Shown: piece by piece, positions 1 through 11,517 of the stretch
How the letters are laid out: the number at the start of each line of letters is the position of its first letter
How positions within the stretch are numbered: position 1 is the first letter of the stretch
Origin: Corallochytrium limacisporum Hawaii
Taxonomy: Eukaryota > Protista > Pluriformea
Length of the DNA stretch: 64,000 nucleotides
Assembly (NCBI GenBank): GCA_002811645.1
Contig: PDIP01000044.1
Location: 4,286-68,285 of the forward strand
Direction: 5' to 3'
Translations under genes and position numbers: made by a program
Notes under the pieces: generated by a model
Database searches by the model: none
What the model was told of the DNA's origin: nothing
Seen by the model: the letters and a program-made list of their open reading frames with translations, nothing else

Positions 1-738
1 CCAAAGGCTGCGATAAAGGCCAAAGTAAAAAGCTAAGAAGGGAAAAATTCCCTCTGCCCGGGGGGGGGGGGCTCCCTGTGTGTGTGTGTGTCCTTTCGTG
101 TCCCCTCCGGCGAGATTCGGGAACGAGAGCCGCGCACTGATGCAACTGGGAAACCACTTTTTTCTTTTTCTTACGCAATTGTCCCTGGACCAGTTGGTTT
201 CCCTTTTTTTTTTTTTTTGGTGTGTGTGTGGTTCCTTTGGTTTTTCTTTTTTTTTTTGACTTTGCTTTTGATCTGTGTTTTAGAGCCTCGCCCCCCCTTC
301 TCCTCCACGGCACAAAGCAACCGCCCCAATTTTTTTTAAAGGGGCGGCGGCGGGTGGTATCCACCGACAAAGTTGCTAGTTGGTACGGTGGAAGGCGCGT
401 TCTTGCTAATGGGTTCGCAGGTCAGGTTTCGTGTCTGCAGATCGGTCAGGAGAGCAGGTGTGCCTTGTGAAAGTGTTTCACCGCAGGGGTTTGTGTGCAC
501 CTGACCATGGCCCATATGAAAAGGTGGCAAATACTAGACACCTCATAATTGACATTGTGTGCGATAGTCATGGTTGTGCACAGTTATATTAAGGATCACG
601 CTCCTTGGGTGTCGTCTGGACTGTCCTGCCTTTGCTGCATTGCATTTCTTGGGGTGTGCCAAAAATAGTCTGACCAAGTGAGAAAGAAAAGCAGCAAAGA
701 CAACCCCACGATTGTACAAAATAACATTCACGGCAAAC

Positions 739-2187
739 ATGGCTGAGCGCGTCAACCATTTCAAGAGCCAGCTCGGCGGTGGTGGCAGCAGTGGTAGTAG
801 CACCGTTACAATCACTGACAACCGCACCGGGGAGAAGCGGGAGATTCCGATTGAGGAGGGTACCATTCCTGCGGGTGAGTTCCAGAAGCTGAAGATGCCC
901 TTGCGTGTCTACGATCCGGCATTTGGTAACACTGCAGTTTGCCGCAGCAAGATCTGCTTCATCGACGGCGACAAGGGTGTGCTCCTGTACCGCGGCATCC
1001 CTATTGAACAGCTTGCCCAGCACTCCAACTTCCTTGAGGTTGCGTACTTGCTGATCAATGGATCTCTGCCCAATGCCATGGAGTACAGCTTCTGGCAACA
1101 GAAGGTCATGCGTCATACATTTGTTCACGAGACGCTCAAGACCATTCTCACGTCCTTCCGCTACGACGCCCATCCGATGGGAGTGCTCATGTCTGCTTTC
1201 AGCGCCATGGGCACCTTCCATCAGGAAGCTAACCCCGCTCTCCAGGGCTCCGACCTCTATCAGCGCTCCCGAGCAGTGCGCCTTAAACAGATCTACCGCA
1301 TTCTCGGCAAGGCTCCTACTGCGGCAGCCATTGCCTACCGCGTGCGTATGGGGCGGCCCATCAACGATCCGTCGGACGGTCTCAGCTACACCTCTAATTT
1401 CTTGTACATGATGGACCGTTTGAGCGAAGAGAACTACCAACCGAACCCACGTCTGGCCCGTGCCCTAGACATTCTCTTCATTCTGCATGCGGACCACGAG
1501 CTCAACTGTTCCACGGCTGCAGTGAGACACATCGCGAGCTCCAAGGTGGACCCTTACAGCGCCATGGCCGGAGGCATTGCCGCGCTCTACGGCCCGCTCC
1601 ACGGCGGCGCCAACGAAGCTGTGTTGCGCATGCTGGAAGAGATTGGCAGCAAGGACAAGATTGCGCAGTTCCTGGACGACGTCAAGGCTCGCAAGCGCAA
1701 GCTCATGGGCTTTGGTCACCGCGTCTACCGCAACTACGATCCCCGCGCCAAAATTATTCGTCAGGTTGCGTACGATGTGTTTGACATTGTTGGCAGCGAG
1801 CCTCTGATTGAGGTTGCACAGGAGCTGGAGAAGCAGGCCCTGTCGGACGACTATTTTGTCAGCCGCAAGCTGTACCCCAATGTCGACTTCTATTCGGGCA
1901 TCATTTACCGGGCTATGGGCTTCCCCACGGACATGTTCCCGGTGCTCTTTGCCATCCCACGTATGGCGGGCTGGCTGGCACATTGGGAGGAGGCGCAGGT
2001 GGCCAAGGATGCGCAACGCATTTGGCGCCCGCGTCAGATTTACGTCGGTCCAAAGAACATCGATTACGTCGACATGAACCATCGCCACACGAGCTCGGGC
2101 CACAGTTTGACATCCTACGATTCCAACTTTGGCCGTCGCACACGGGTCGCGACGTGGACAAAGAAGGGCAACAACTCTGCGCTGTAG
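739..2187 (+). CDS. Citrate synthase, peroxisomal/glyoxysomal (bacterial-like) type
   Basis: Motifs [28 protein letters not shown] and YPNVDFYSG. First ATG is at 739 ([12 protein letters not shown]). N-terminal PTS2-like RVx5QL and C-terminal SAL. Confidence 0.95.
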   Translation: MAERVNHFKSQLGGGGSSGSSTVTITDNRTGEKREIPIEEGTIPAGEFQKLKMPLRVYDPAFGNTAVCRSKICFIDGDKGVLLYRGIPIEQLAQHSNFLEVAYLLINGSLPNAMEYSFWQQKVMRHTFVHETLKTILTSFRYDAHPMGVLMSAFSAMGTFHQEANPALQGSDLYQRSRAVRLKQIYRILGKAPTAAAIAYRVRMGRPINDPSDGLSYTSNFLYMMDRLSEENYQPNPRLARALDILFILHADHELNCSTAAVRHIASSKVDPYSAMAGGIAALYGPLHGGANEAVLRMLEEIGSKDKIAQFLDDVKARKRKLMGFGHRVYRNYDPRAKIIRQVAYDVFDIVGSEPLIEVAQELEKQALSDDYFVSRKLYPNVDFYSGIIYRAMGFPTDMFPVLFAIPRMAGWLAHWEEAQVAKDAQRIWRPRQIYVGPKNIDYVDMNHRHTSSGHSLTSYDSNFGRRTRVATWTKKGNNSAL

Positions 2188-2342
2188 GAAGGTGTCAGAG
2201 AGTGACAAGAAATGATACCGAGCGGGGGCATGCCTGGCAGTCAACCACAGTCGACCAACGTGGACGTGATACTAGTAAACAACATGTTCATAAATTGCAA
2301 CTTTTATTGTACACCTTTGTTGATTGACTGTTTCAAAAATTC

Positions 2343-3524
2343 TTAGTTTACCGACGATCGTAAGGAAAGGTCGTGCATGGGCAAGTTTTCATATTCGTGG
2401 GTTTGCGCGCCGCCGTTCGTGGTTGACGACCGACGTGTCCCGGAAGCCATGCTGAAGGACACTGACCGCGATAATGCACGCTTCTTGCGTTTCTTCGTGC
2501 CACACAGTCGACCGCCGTACCGATCCCGTACGACCTGCACCATGATGCTGCTATCCACCAAGATCTGAATCGCAGAACAGATGTAGAACTGTACCGGCGG
2601 ATTCTTCAGGGTAAGGTAGTACAGCCTGAACAGATCGCCGGTCAGCCAACCCGCAATCATGCGCAAGCTCACGCCCTTGGCATGGCCAGCACGCCAATTG
2701 CTCATAAATTGCGGAACGCCGATGGTCGATTCCAGCAACAATCCTACGGCGCCCAAGACATCAAAGAATCCCTGCACGTCCGCCAGGACAAGACACAGCA
2801 ACCCCACGCCTGCGCTGAACAGTAAGAAAAAGATGACGTAGTCCTCAAACTCTGTCCAGTTCCAGAAATCTCTCCATCGTCCGTCAAAGATGGAACGCAC
2901 AGGGCCTGTGTCATGCGCAAAGTGAGGCTGAGTGCGCGAATTGTGCGGCTGATGGCTACCGTTTGGTGTGGGTAGGTGAAGCCCAGTGCCGACAGTAGCG
3001 CTGCCAGGTCCACCTTCGTCATCGTCAGTTTGCGACGACAGCATATGGTCCGCAACAGCCGTGGCCCCTACCACATTGATCAAGCTCGATCTTCTGCTTC
3101 CTGGTACGGGAGTGTACATGTTTCGCTGTTTGTTTACGGTCACACACAGATGCAGCAGTGCAAAGACCATGATTACCATCACAATGCTTTGCCAGAGCAG
3201 AGGCATCGCGAACGGAGACCCCAGCCAGAAGAAGATGCGCAATACGTGTGCTAGGAGTAAAATTAGACAAACATTGAGATTGAATCCATCTGTGTCCTGT
3301 CGTTTCGATATCCGAGAGTACTGTGGGTAAAATGCCACTGCGCCACCGAATATCATTCCCAAGTCGGCCATGAACTCAAACCCTGTCGCCATCCACACTG
3401 GGAAGATCGATGGCAGCTCCATTTGGGAGTCTGAGTCCTGTTGCTGTAGAGTTTGTATCTTTTTGAAAGCTCCATTGTTTGGGACTGCCTGTCCTACCAG
3501 GTCCCCTGCAACTGCAGGTGGCAT
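2343..3524 (-). CDS. PQ-loop repeat membrane protein, PQLC1/SLC66A2 (Any1)-like
   Basis: Two PQ loops (FYPQY, GVPQF), about 6 hydrophobic segments, and LRIFFW / LLWQS / GWLTGDLF motifs typical of the PQLC1 group. Confidence 0.85.
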   Translation of the reverse strand: MPPAVAGDLVGQAVPNNGAFKKIQTLQQQDSDSQMELPSIFPVWMATGFEFMADLGMIFGGAVAFYPQYSRISKRQDTDGFNLNVCLILLLAHVLRIFFWLGSPFAMPLLWQSIVMVIMVFALLHLCVTVNKQRNMYTPVPGSRRSSLINVVGATAVADHMLSSQTDDDEGGPGSATVGTGLHLPTPNGSHQPHNSRTQPHFAHDTGPVRSIFDGRWRDFWNWTEFEDYVIFFLLFSAGVGLLCLVLADVQGFFDVLGAVGLLLESTIGVPQFMSNWRAGHAKGVSLRMIAGWLTGDLFRLYYLTLKNPPVQFYICSAIQILVDSSIMVQVVRDRYGGRLCGTKKRKKRALSRSVSFSMASGTRRSSTTNGGAQTHEYENLPMHDLSLRSSVN

Positions 3525-4455
3525 TTTTCTGTATTAATGTGTGGCTCGCGTTTTGCTCACCATGCCATTGTTGCCTTGAAACATTTCCCGCTTTTATTGT
3601 CTCCTTGCATCTATGTTATCAGGTCCCAAAGAAGATGACGACTGTACTAATAAAACTCTTTTAAGTCTATCTTTGGCAAATCAACGTCGCAATGAGAAAA
3701 GAAGCCCTGGCTGACCTGCAGCATGAAAAGGTTTTATATTACAATAATGCTTACCAGCGAGTAAGGCCTTAAAAACACGCGTTCTGATCACAGTAGGATC
3801 AATTAAGTACCAGGAGCAGAAAAAAGGGAGAAACATGCAGTAAACATAGAAACGGAACCAAGAATCCGAAACGGCGGCGAACGGAACCAATTCCTAATAT
3901 GCGGCACACCGGAACAAGCCCCGCCCCCCTCAACCCTAAGACCCCTGGGGGAGGTGGAGGTGAGGGCAAGAAATTGGACAAAAAGGCCGGGTGTTTTAGA
4001 TAGCAGCCCGCGGGTTGTTGGGTACCGTGCCATTGAGAAACCCCGCGCGCCGCTTCCTTTCCTTCCACACCGCTCCGACCCGCCCCACTTCCAACCACCG
4101 GTCACCGCAAGGAGAAGGTGCCGAACCGGGGGAGGGGTGCGGTGGGGGGGGGTTGGAGGGAGGAGAGTACGAAGGCATTATCTATCCTATATACCCTGCC
4201 TTCCCCCTTGGAGTTTGGGCGGGGCGGCGGACGGGAAGTCCGAGGGCACATCTCCGCTGATGAAGCAGATGCTCTGTCTCTCTCGAAGGAAAGACGAAAG
4301 ACGTTTTGGGCATTGTGCGGACATGATTGCGAACAAATTACATGACTCGTTTCCACAGCTTTTGAACATCTGTAATATAACATGACGCTTCTGAAAATAT
4401 TCGATTCTCCTAACTATTTTGTTGGTGGCAAAAACAACGGTGCGTCGTTTTTTGG

Positions 4456-7400
4456 CTATTCCGGTGCAGGTGACCGACTTCGACTACGGGTGCCCCTCAG
4501 GCGTGGCCGTTCCGGCGCAGACAGCTGAGCACTGCCGGAGGTTTCGTCCGGACTAGTGACACTCGTGCTCGGTGACATCTGCGTGTCCACAGGAGGCGAC
4601 ATGACCGCGTCCGAGCCGGGGGGACCCTGTGGCATTGGGGACGAGCTCCGACTTTGACTGCGCAGGACTCGGCCGTGAATCTGCAGTCCCTCAAGGGCTC
4701 GCTGTGCGCTCCACGGTTGGTAGGCTGCGGGGAAGCCAGTCTTGTCGTTGTCTGCGGGATTGCGCACAGCATTTTGGCTCTCAAAGGCTGAAGCGTACTC
4801 GGCTGCTGCCGTGGGGTCAAAGTAGTGGTCAGGTAGCTTGAACGATCCCGGACTGCGCAGAGATGGCCAAAACTTGGACTGGAAGCGGATGACCTGCCGC
4901 AGGGTGGAGGACGCAGTGTCGACAGGCGTCGTCCGATTGATCTGTGGATTCAATACCGGCGGGGGTGTGCCTTGCAGGGTGGCGAGCGAGGCCACAGCGG
5001 CGCCAGTGATGGCATCGAGGTCATAGCCACCCTCCAAGGCCAGCACAACCTTGTCGTTGACCAATTCCATCATGCGCTTGGTCATGTGCGCGTAGCATTC
5101 AGGACGGACATGGTAGCCACCCAACTGGTCCCCCTCAGCAGCATCGTATCCTGCACTAATAAGAATCAAATCTGGTGCATAATCCTTGAGAATCGGAAGC
5201 AGGACGTACTCAAAGGCCGCCAGGTACTCTGTGTTACCCATGGCGTGCTTGCCACCGTTCCATGGAACATTAATGTTGAAACCTTCACCGTCCGAGATCC
5301 CGGCATCGCGCAGCTCACCCGTGAACGGATAGAACGCCCCGTTATCGTGGCGGTGTAGCGAAATGTACATAATGGTCGGGTCGTGGAACAAAATGTTCTG
5401 CGTACCATTGCCGTGATGCACATCCCAGTCAAGGATGACGACCTTGCCCACGCCTAAATGCTGACGTGCGTACGCAGCGGCCAGGGCAACATTATTAAAG
5501 AAGCAGAAACCGAGTGCCTCCGCGCAGTCAGCGTGATGACCAGGGGGCCGTACGACAGCGAATCCATTGCGCGTCTCGCCCTTCACCACACTTTCCACGA
5601 CGTTCAGAAGCGCACCTGCACTTAGCCGTGCGGCGTACGGACTGGTAAATTTGTTGAAAACTGTGTCACAGGCAATGCCCGGACCGCCACATTCCATGAC
5701 CTCCAAATCGGGCCAGGACACGGGCAGACGGTACGGGAAGCGTGCGTACCGATCAATATGCTCTTCACTATGGCAGAGCCGCAGTTCATCGAACGTAGCC
5801 TCACGTGGGAGAATGCGAGTACATTGGTCGAGAAGGCCTGCCTTCTCAAAGCCCGCGAGAATTGAGGCAATCCGTTCCGGACGTTCGGGGTGCCACAGCT
5901 CCGGCTCATCACACGTGCAGCAGTGTAGCATGGTGCGTGGTTCAGACACCAACGCAGTGCGGCGGGACGGATCGAGGACCATCTTGCCGAATGATCCGTC
6001 CAGGGTCTTGTTCTGGGTAGCCATGATGTCACCTCCGTGGGTCAAAATAGCCTTGCGAAGATTTTGCCAGTGCTCATCGCTCTCCAAGCCCATTGGTCCC
6101 ACACGCATAGGCAGAACCTTGCCATGGTATTTGCGTTCGTTCTCTGCCGCCATAGCGCCTTTTTTGCCTCCTTTCTTGGTCTCTTCGTTCTTCTTGCTGT
6201 TCTTTGAGCCCGAAATCGAGCTGGCATCTAAAGACCCTGCTTCGCGTGGGTGTACGCGGGAAACAGGAATCCATTCATCCAATTCAGGACCCCAGCCCTC
6301 GTAGTGTACAAAGACTTTATCCTGGCCCAGCGCACGCAGCCTTGCAGCCCAGAGAATGCGCGACGGGGGAATGTAGTCTGGTGTCTCGGGTTTGGCTTTG
6401 GTGTTATTGTTCTTACCGTTCTTCTTCTTAGACTTCTTGTCGGTATCCATAAGATCCTCTTCTTCCTCGACTTCCTCTTCATCGAGAAAATCATCAGAAT
6501 CGTCAGATTCATCGAGTTTCAGGTCACCCACAATTGACGATGACACGCAGACGGCGTCACCAATTTTAAATGTGGCTCCTTCACCCAATATGCGCATGGT
6601 TTCCGTGAATTCCCATCGCAACCTCTCAGCTTCGTCCGGGTCGTTGACGTTCATGGCACTCAGGCTCAGTTCCAGCGCAGCGCTCTCGCGATCAGTGGCG
6701 CGTGTGTCGACTTCCTCCTCCGGCGGTTTGCGACGGTGGAACAGTGGTGGCGTCTTTGACCGTGTGCCGCTCCACGGCTTATTCAGGGCCGTCGTTGAGC
6801 CAGTGCGACGGATGTCAAGCCCCCTGCTCATGCCAGCGATGTTCCCACTGGACTGTGAGTGCTGTCCCAAAGCAGTCCTGGTATCATAGCCACGGGCTTT
6901 GAGGAAGCTGTCGAAGGCGTCATCGCTGGTACCCAACGGTCCACCAAAGCCGACGTCGCTCTGTGTTCGTGCGATGTTGCCGCTTTCGTACTGATTCCGG
7001 AGTCCAATACCACGCTTTCTGTTGTTGAGTGACACCTGACGCGGAGTCTCGTCGGAGTCATCCAGGATAATCTCATCGGCATGGTCCATTCTATCTGGCA
7101 CGTATCCGCGTCTAGCGTCCTTTTCGGGGATCTCTGCGCCTGGGAGTACCTCTCCTAGTTCTGCCTGCTCTTGCATGGCCTGCAGTTTCAGTAAGGTCTG
7201 TTCATGGAAACCAAGGCACTTAGATGAATTGCGTCGGCGCTTCGCAACAGAGGCAATGTTGTCATGACTCACAGCCTTCTCCTGTTCTTCCAGTCCCGTG
7301 GGTCGACGGTACCGAGGCAACATTGGGCTTCGAGATCCCGATGGCAGGTCTTCGTTGAGGAGCGCCAATCCAAGGGGAGGATTACTCTTGTACGGGGCAG

Positions 7401-8262
7401 GTGAGCCGATGACGCCGCCAATTTTCAGCATGGAGACGGGATCCTTGGCTCTGTCACTGGATATACTGCTTATAGAGTCACTCGAAAGATCTCCAGGAAG
7501 CTCTCCAGGCTGCAGTATCTGGCCGGGTTGCTTCTGCTTCATCGGACTGCCACTGTTGCGTAATTCTCGCAGCTGGGCCTGAGCAAACAAAGTCCCTCCT
7601 GCCTGAGTCATCAACGCAATTGTTTCCGCATCAATGGCTCCCTGAATGTTTGATGAGATGCCCCAGCGGCTCTGGTAGGCGCGGTCGTCCTCTCCAGGGG
7701 CCGCGCGCTGCACCAAGGTCACTGGCGGTTGCAGCGCGGGTGGCACACAGGGCATGGAATACTTGCCCGGCTCACTGGCAGCTGTATAAGCTACAGCCGC
7801 ACTCGCCTTTGCTGCTGTGCTCAAGAGGCGTGGTGGTGGCGGTGGTGGCTTGGCTGCTGGTTGTTTTTTCCGCTTTGGTTTCTCGACGGGAAGTATGGCC
7901 ATGTCACCGAAGATTTCGGCATCACTAGGCTGGGTTGGGCCTTCAAAACTCTCAAGGTACATAGCGTCGATCTTGGTGCCGCTCATTGCCTCACTCCGTG
8001 CCTGGGCTCGGAGAGCCCGCTTGGAAGTCAAAACCTCTGATTTCAAAATCTCTTCCGCTCGCTGACTGTCGGTCTCCTCCATCTCCTCCGGAAGGGATCC
8101 CACACTGCCCAGGCTATCCCTAGTCCCTGCTTCCTGTTTGGCCAAAATTTTTTGGCGCAAACTCCGCTTCACCGCAGACCCAGCATTTGTCTTGGACTCG
8201 GAAGAAGACTCTGTGTCCATTGCTTCGACCTTGATGGTCGGCGTTGAGCTTTCCGAGCTCAT
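4456..8262 (-). CDS. Class II (IIa-like) histone deacetylase with upstream Tudor-knot/chromo-barrel domain
   Basis: HDAC motifs HPERPER, RPPGHHA, GFCFFN, DWDVHHGNGTQ, SAGYDA and LEGGY. IIa-type CxC..H..CGG zinc subdomain. VFVHYEGWGPELDEWI chromo-barrel motif at about 6250-6325. Confidence 0.92.
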   Translation of the reverse strand: MSSESSTPTIKVEAMDTESSSESKTNAGSAVKRSLRQKILAKQEAGTRDSLGSVGSLPEEMEETDSQRAEEILKSEVLTSKRALRAQARSEAMSGTKIDAMYLESFEGPTQPSDAEIFGDMAILPVEKPKRKKQPAAKPPPPPPRLLSTAAKASAAVAYTAASEPGKYSMPCVPPALQPPVTLVQRAAPGEDDRAYQSRWGISSNIQGAIDAETIALMTQAGGTLFAQAQLRELRNSGSPMKQKQPGQILQPGELPGDLSSDSISSISSDRAKDPVSMLKIGGVIGSPAPYKSNPPLGLALLNEDLPSGSRSPMLPRYRRPTGLEEQEKAVSHDNIASVAKRRRNSSKCLGFHEQTLLKLQAMQEQAELGEVLPGAEIPEKDARRGYVPDRMDHADEIILDDSDETPRQVSLNNRKRGIGLRNQYESGNIARTQSDVGFGGPLGTSDDAFDSFLKARGYDTRTALGQHSQSSGNIAGMSRGLDIRRTGSTTALNKPWSGTRSKTPPLFHRRKPPEEEVDTRATDRESAALELSLSAMNVNDPDEAERLRWEFTETMRILGEGATFKIGDAVCVSSSIVGDLKLDESDDSDDFLDEEEVEEEEDLMDTDKKSKKKNGKNNNTKAKPETPDYIPPSRILWAARLRALGQDKVFVHYEGWGPELDEWIPVSRVHPREAGSLDASSISGSKNSKKNEETKKGGKKGAMAAENERKYHGKVLPMRVGPMGLESDEHWQNLRKAILTHGGDIMATQNKTLDGSFGKMVLDPSRRTALVSEPRTMLHCCTCDEPELWHPERPERIASILAGFEKAGLLDQCTRILPREATFDELRLCHSEEHIDRYARFPYRLPVSWPDLEVMECGGPGIACDTVFNKFTSPYAARLSAGALLNVVESVVKGETRNGFAVVRPPGHHADCAEALGFCFFNNVALAAAYARQHLGVGKVVILDWDVHHGNGTQNILFHDPTIMYISLHRHDNGAFYPFTGELRDAGISDGEGFNINVPWNGGKHAMGNTEYLAAFEYVLLPILKDYAPDLILISAGYDAAEGDQLGGYHVRPECYAHMTKRMMELVNDKVVLALEGGYDLDAITGAAVASLATLQGTPPPVLNPQINRTTPVDTASSTLRQVIRFQSKFWPSLRSPGSFKLPDHYFDPTAAAEYASAFESQNAVRNPADNDKTGFPAAYQPWSAQRALEGLQIHGRVLRSQSRSSSPMPQGPPGSDAVMSPPVDTQMSPSTSVTSPDETSGSAQLSAPERPRLRGTRSRSRSPAPE

Positions 8263-9571
8263 TTATACGATGTATGGTATACGTTGCCTCGTGGGCTTGC
8301 CCTGAAGTAACCTACTTCGGTCTCACCCAAGTGCAAGCCGATGGGACGCTCTAAACTGACCCTATCCCCCAGAACAGACAATATCTAACCGAAATGCATC
8401 ATTCTTGATCGGGCGTATACGTGAAGTCCAAGGCCATTCGCACCCGCTTCGTGTAGTGAGCTACGGATTTAGAACTTTCGCAAATTGGTATCGCGTCGAC
8501 TTAATTGCCTTTGAATACCCAGATCCCGACACATAGCATATTTATGCTTGTCCAATGGCTCACAATGAGTGGCGTGTACGGTCCATCGATGCTCAGAGAT
8601 AACGATTCTGGGCCACAGTTTCAGTTTTGTGCTGGTTCTGTGATGGTCGCTCTTCCTGACTTACGGCGGCACGCCGACAGAAAATGGCGAAGAGACAGCG
8701 AGCGAAGCGACAGGGAGAGAAGAGAGCGAGAACGAGGGAGGGGACGGCGGGGCCAACACTGCCTTTGGACGGGTACTACCTCACCAAGAAATTGGCCTGG
8801 GGCGGCAAAGGGAGAGCGGCCCCCTCCCAGCGGACACGAACGGACGCTAACTACTCGAGGAGCCTCTCTCCCTGTGTCTCTCTGGTCTCCTGCCCCGCTG
8901 CCTGGTCTGCGACCGTCTCCTTCTCCGGAAAACAGACAGACCGGTCTGGGAACAGGGGGGTCCGGATTGGGCCGGGAGGTAAAAAAGGGGGGGGGGTTCG
9001 GGACGGTTCCGGTTCTTTGGGTATGGGAGCCATGAATTGTTTGCGCTTTTTCCTATTGCCCGTTTCTTTATTTTGCCTTTCGAGACTCATTTTCCTTTGC
9101 GGTGCCCGTTCGGTGGTGGTGCCCTGTATGTGTTCCCCTCCGCCACTTGCCCTTCGGCCGGTAGCAACACACTCCTTCATCCTCTCCCCCCCGGGGGGGG
9201 GGGCCGCACCGAGCTGCCCGTCCCCTTTGTTTTCGCTCGGGGCCGTGCGGGAGAGGGGGACCCAAGTGGGGAGGGAAGGGGGGGGGGGCACAACACACGG
9301 CTGTGGCTGTTTTGTGACGGTGGCTGGTGGGGGGGTTGGGCCAAAGACTCCAATCGCAGTTGCTTTTGCCAGGGGCTTTCGACTATCGGCTGTTGGCTTC
9401 TTTTGTTCCAACGGGGACGAGTACCAGGTCATGCAACCGTGAATACATGCTTTATTTGGATAAATGGATGGTACGTAAAGACATAGACAAAGATGTATGA
9501 GTTATTACATCCCTCTGAAGAGCCACAAGTATTCGGGTTAAGCTGCTGGCTATGTGCATTCTGATCTGAGA

Positions 9572-10627
9572 ATGATGTCGGGCTCAAAAAGACTTCAAGC
9601 ACCAGGACTCCTGGCATGGATCACTGTCTTTGTCTGTACACTATGCAACACTGTAGCAGCAGAAAAGATGTTTACCGAGGCAGCGGTCTGGAATAGGTTT
9701 ATTGAAGATATCGTGAAACCGGGAGTGAGCAGCGATGGAAGTACAGAGTGGGATGGCACCTTGTCTCAGGCACTCTTCCATATCGATGATGCGGGTTACC
9801 ACATCGCTGTTCATGAGCAGCCTCGTAATTGGACATCGGTCATCCTCTTCAACAGCGAAAGCGTGCCTGGATGCGAACTGTGCAAGATCGTGGGTAGTCG
9901 ATGGGACAGCGTCGCCAAAGTCTTCTACAGTACCGTGCCACATGCGGCCTCCTCAACCGCTTTCCTCCGTATTGATTTTGAGGCCGGCGGCAGTGGCGCC
10001 TTTAAACGGGAAGAATTTTTACGGGCACCAATGCTGATGATCTACCGTAAGGGCGAACGCAAGGGGGTTTCTATCAATCTGAACTTTGCCAAGAAGGACT
10101 TGAGCACCCTCATCCTCCGCCTCGTCGGTGAAATTATCAAAGCCACGGGAGACTCTGTGGCACCCCAAGGTGGTGTCAGCATGGAAGGGATTATTTCGCT
10201 CCTGATCTTCCTCGCACTCGTCTTTACGGTGGCGTACGTGGGATATTTGCGCTTTGACCTCATTGTCGGCATTGCGCAGAACAAGATTATTTGGTCCTCG
10301 CTGACTATGGCCGGCATTGTTGCCCTTATGGGAGGCAGTATGTGGATAAATATGCGCAAACCGCCATACACGACGCCAAACGAACTCATTGCCAAACAGT
10401 CTAATCGTCAGCTCGGCATGGAGGGACAGATCGTAATGGTGCTTTACGGGCTTGGAACACTCGCCATCATCGTCGCCCTGTTTGTAGGAAAGACATCCAG
10501 AAAGGGTCTGCTCAAAGAACGTTTGGCCATGGCCATCGCATTAGTAGGCTTTGCGTTTGGTTTCAGTGCCATTCTGGCCGTCTACGCACACAAGGTCCCC
10601 GGCTATCCATACCGCCTATTGCTCTAA
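9572..10627 (+). CDS. Oligosaccharyltransferase subunit OST3/OST6 (MAGT1/TUSC3 family)
   Basis: Signal peptide, thioredoxin-like CELC (CxxC), 4 TM segments, GxMW..I/MRxPPY, QLGMEGQIV and C-terminal GYPY. First ATG is at 9572. Confidence 0.85.
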   Translation: MMSGSKRLQAPGLLAWITVFVCTLCNTVAAEKMFTEAAVWNRFIEDIVKPGVSSDGSTEWDGTLSQALFHIDDAGYHIAVHEQPRNWTSVILFNSESVPGCELCKIVGSRWDSVAKVFYSTVPHAASSTAFLRIDFEAGGSGAFKREEFLRAPMLMIYRKGERKGVSINLNFAKKDLSTLILRLVGEIIKATGDSVAPQGGVSMEGIISLLIFLALVFTVAYVGYLRFDLIVGIAQNKIIWSSLTMAGIVALMGGSMWINMRKPPYTTPNELIAKQSNRQLGMEGQIVMVLYGLGTLAIIVALFVGKTSRKGLLKERLAMAIALVGFAFGFSAILAVYAHKVPGYPYRLLL

Positions 10628-10733
10628 AATATGATTATGATCTGGATCTGGTCATGAGAACCACACACAGAGACTCAGAACATGTAGTAGAAATGGTAAA
10701 CATTAAATAACTAAATTCATTGCTATTTTCTGG

Positions 10734-10994
10734 CTATGACTTATTGTTTGCCTGTCCCTTATCGTTCTTGAATCCATACTCCTTAAAATCCACCTCTTCC
10801 ATCAGTTCGTGCTCCACACGGCACTGCAGGTACTCCCTTGACAGATCCCGACACATGGACGTCTTCTGGTCATTTTCTTCTAAACACTTCATGTATCGGG
10901 CCATAAAATCTTTGCATTCACCTTCATGATCCAAGGGAAAGATACCTTTCAGAGGTGGTTTCGCCGATGGTTTTTTTGAACCAGCGATGTTCAT
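10734..10994 (-). CDS. COX19: Cytochrome c oxidase assembly protein COX19 (twin CX9C)
   Basis: PPLKGIFPLDHEGEC..C..C..YLQCR matches COX19. ATG is at 10994. The ORF track starts at a GTG (11006), so the exact start is uncertain. Confidence 0.92.
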   Translation of the reverse strand: MNIAGSKKPSAKPPLKGIFPLDHEGECKDFMARYMKCLEENDQKTSMCRDLSREYLQCRVEHELMEEVDFKEYGFKNDKGQANNKS

Positions 10995-11517
10995 TGCTGC
11001 TGACACAGATCAAAACAGTTCGCTCAATGAACGTTTCCTTCCCGGTATTCAATTATAGAGATTGGGCAAGAAAGGGAACTACAATACGGAAGTGGTTGCT
11101 AATGTGGCCAATGTTTGAACATACATCAAACGAAAGCCCTGACTTTCGAATAGCCAAGAGGCCCTTGGTGCAATAACCCACTGCTCCTTGCGCTTGCGTA
11201 GCAGTTTGCGTACTTGCTTACGGGGTCGATGGCCACACAGTGAGAAAGAAAGGGGGGTCCAATAAGGGAGTGGCATGAAAAACAGGGAGGGGTTGTGGTT
11301 GTGTGTGATGCGGGCCGCCGGGGATGGGATTTGAAAGCCATGAGGCTCTGTACCGACACGATGCCTTGGTCGACGACAGATCCAAATGTGTCAACAGAAC
11401 GTTACAAAAAAAAGCCCGTTGTTTTTTCACATGTTTAATATCTATGCTATGCTAAGTATGGTACTCTAGTCATCGACGGTGTTCCTTATTTCGCGATCCT
11501 GGCGATACAAAAGCTCT

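Noticed and set aside
589-2244. Long antisense ORFs over citrate synthase (and similar shadows over HDAC, CHD1, SET, bHLH, RPC2 and NOP9)
   Set aside because: Expected shadow frames of GC-rich coding sequence, with no independent motifs.
8505-9486. Overlapping 150-250 aa ORFs between HDAC and OST3/6
   Set aside because: G/P/R-rich translations of a GC/homopolymer island, with no family signal.
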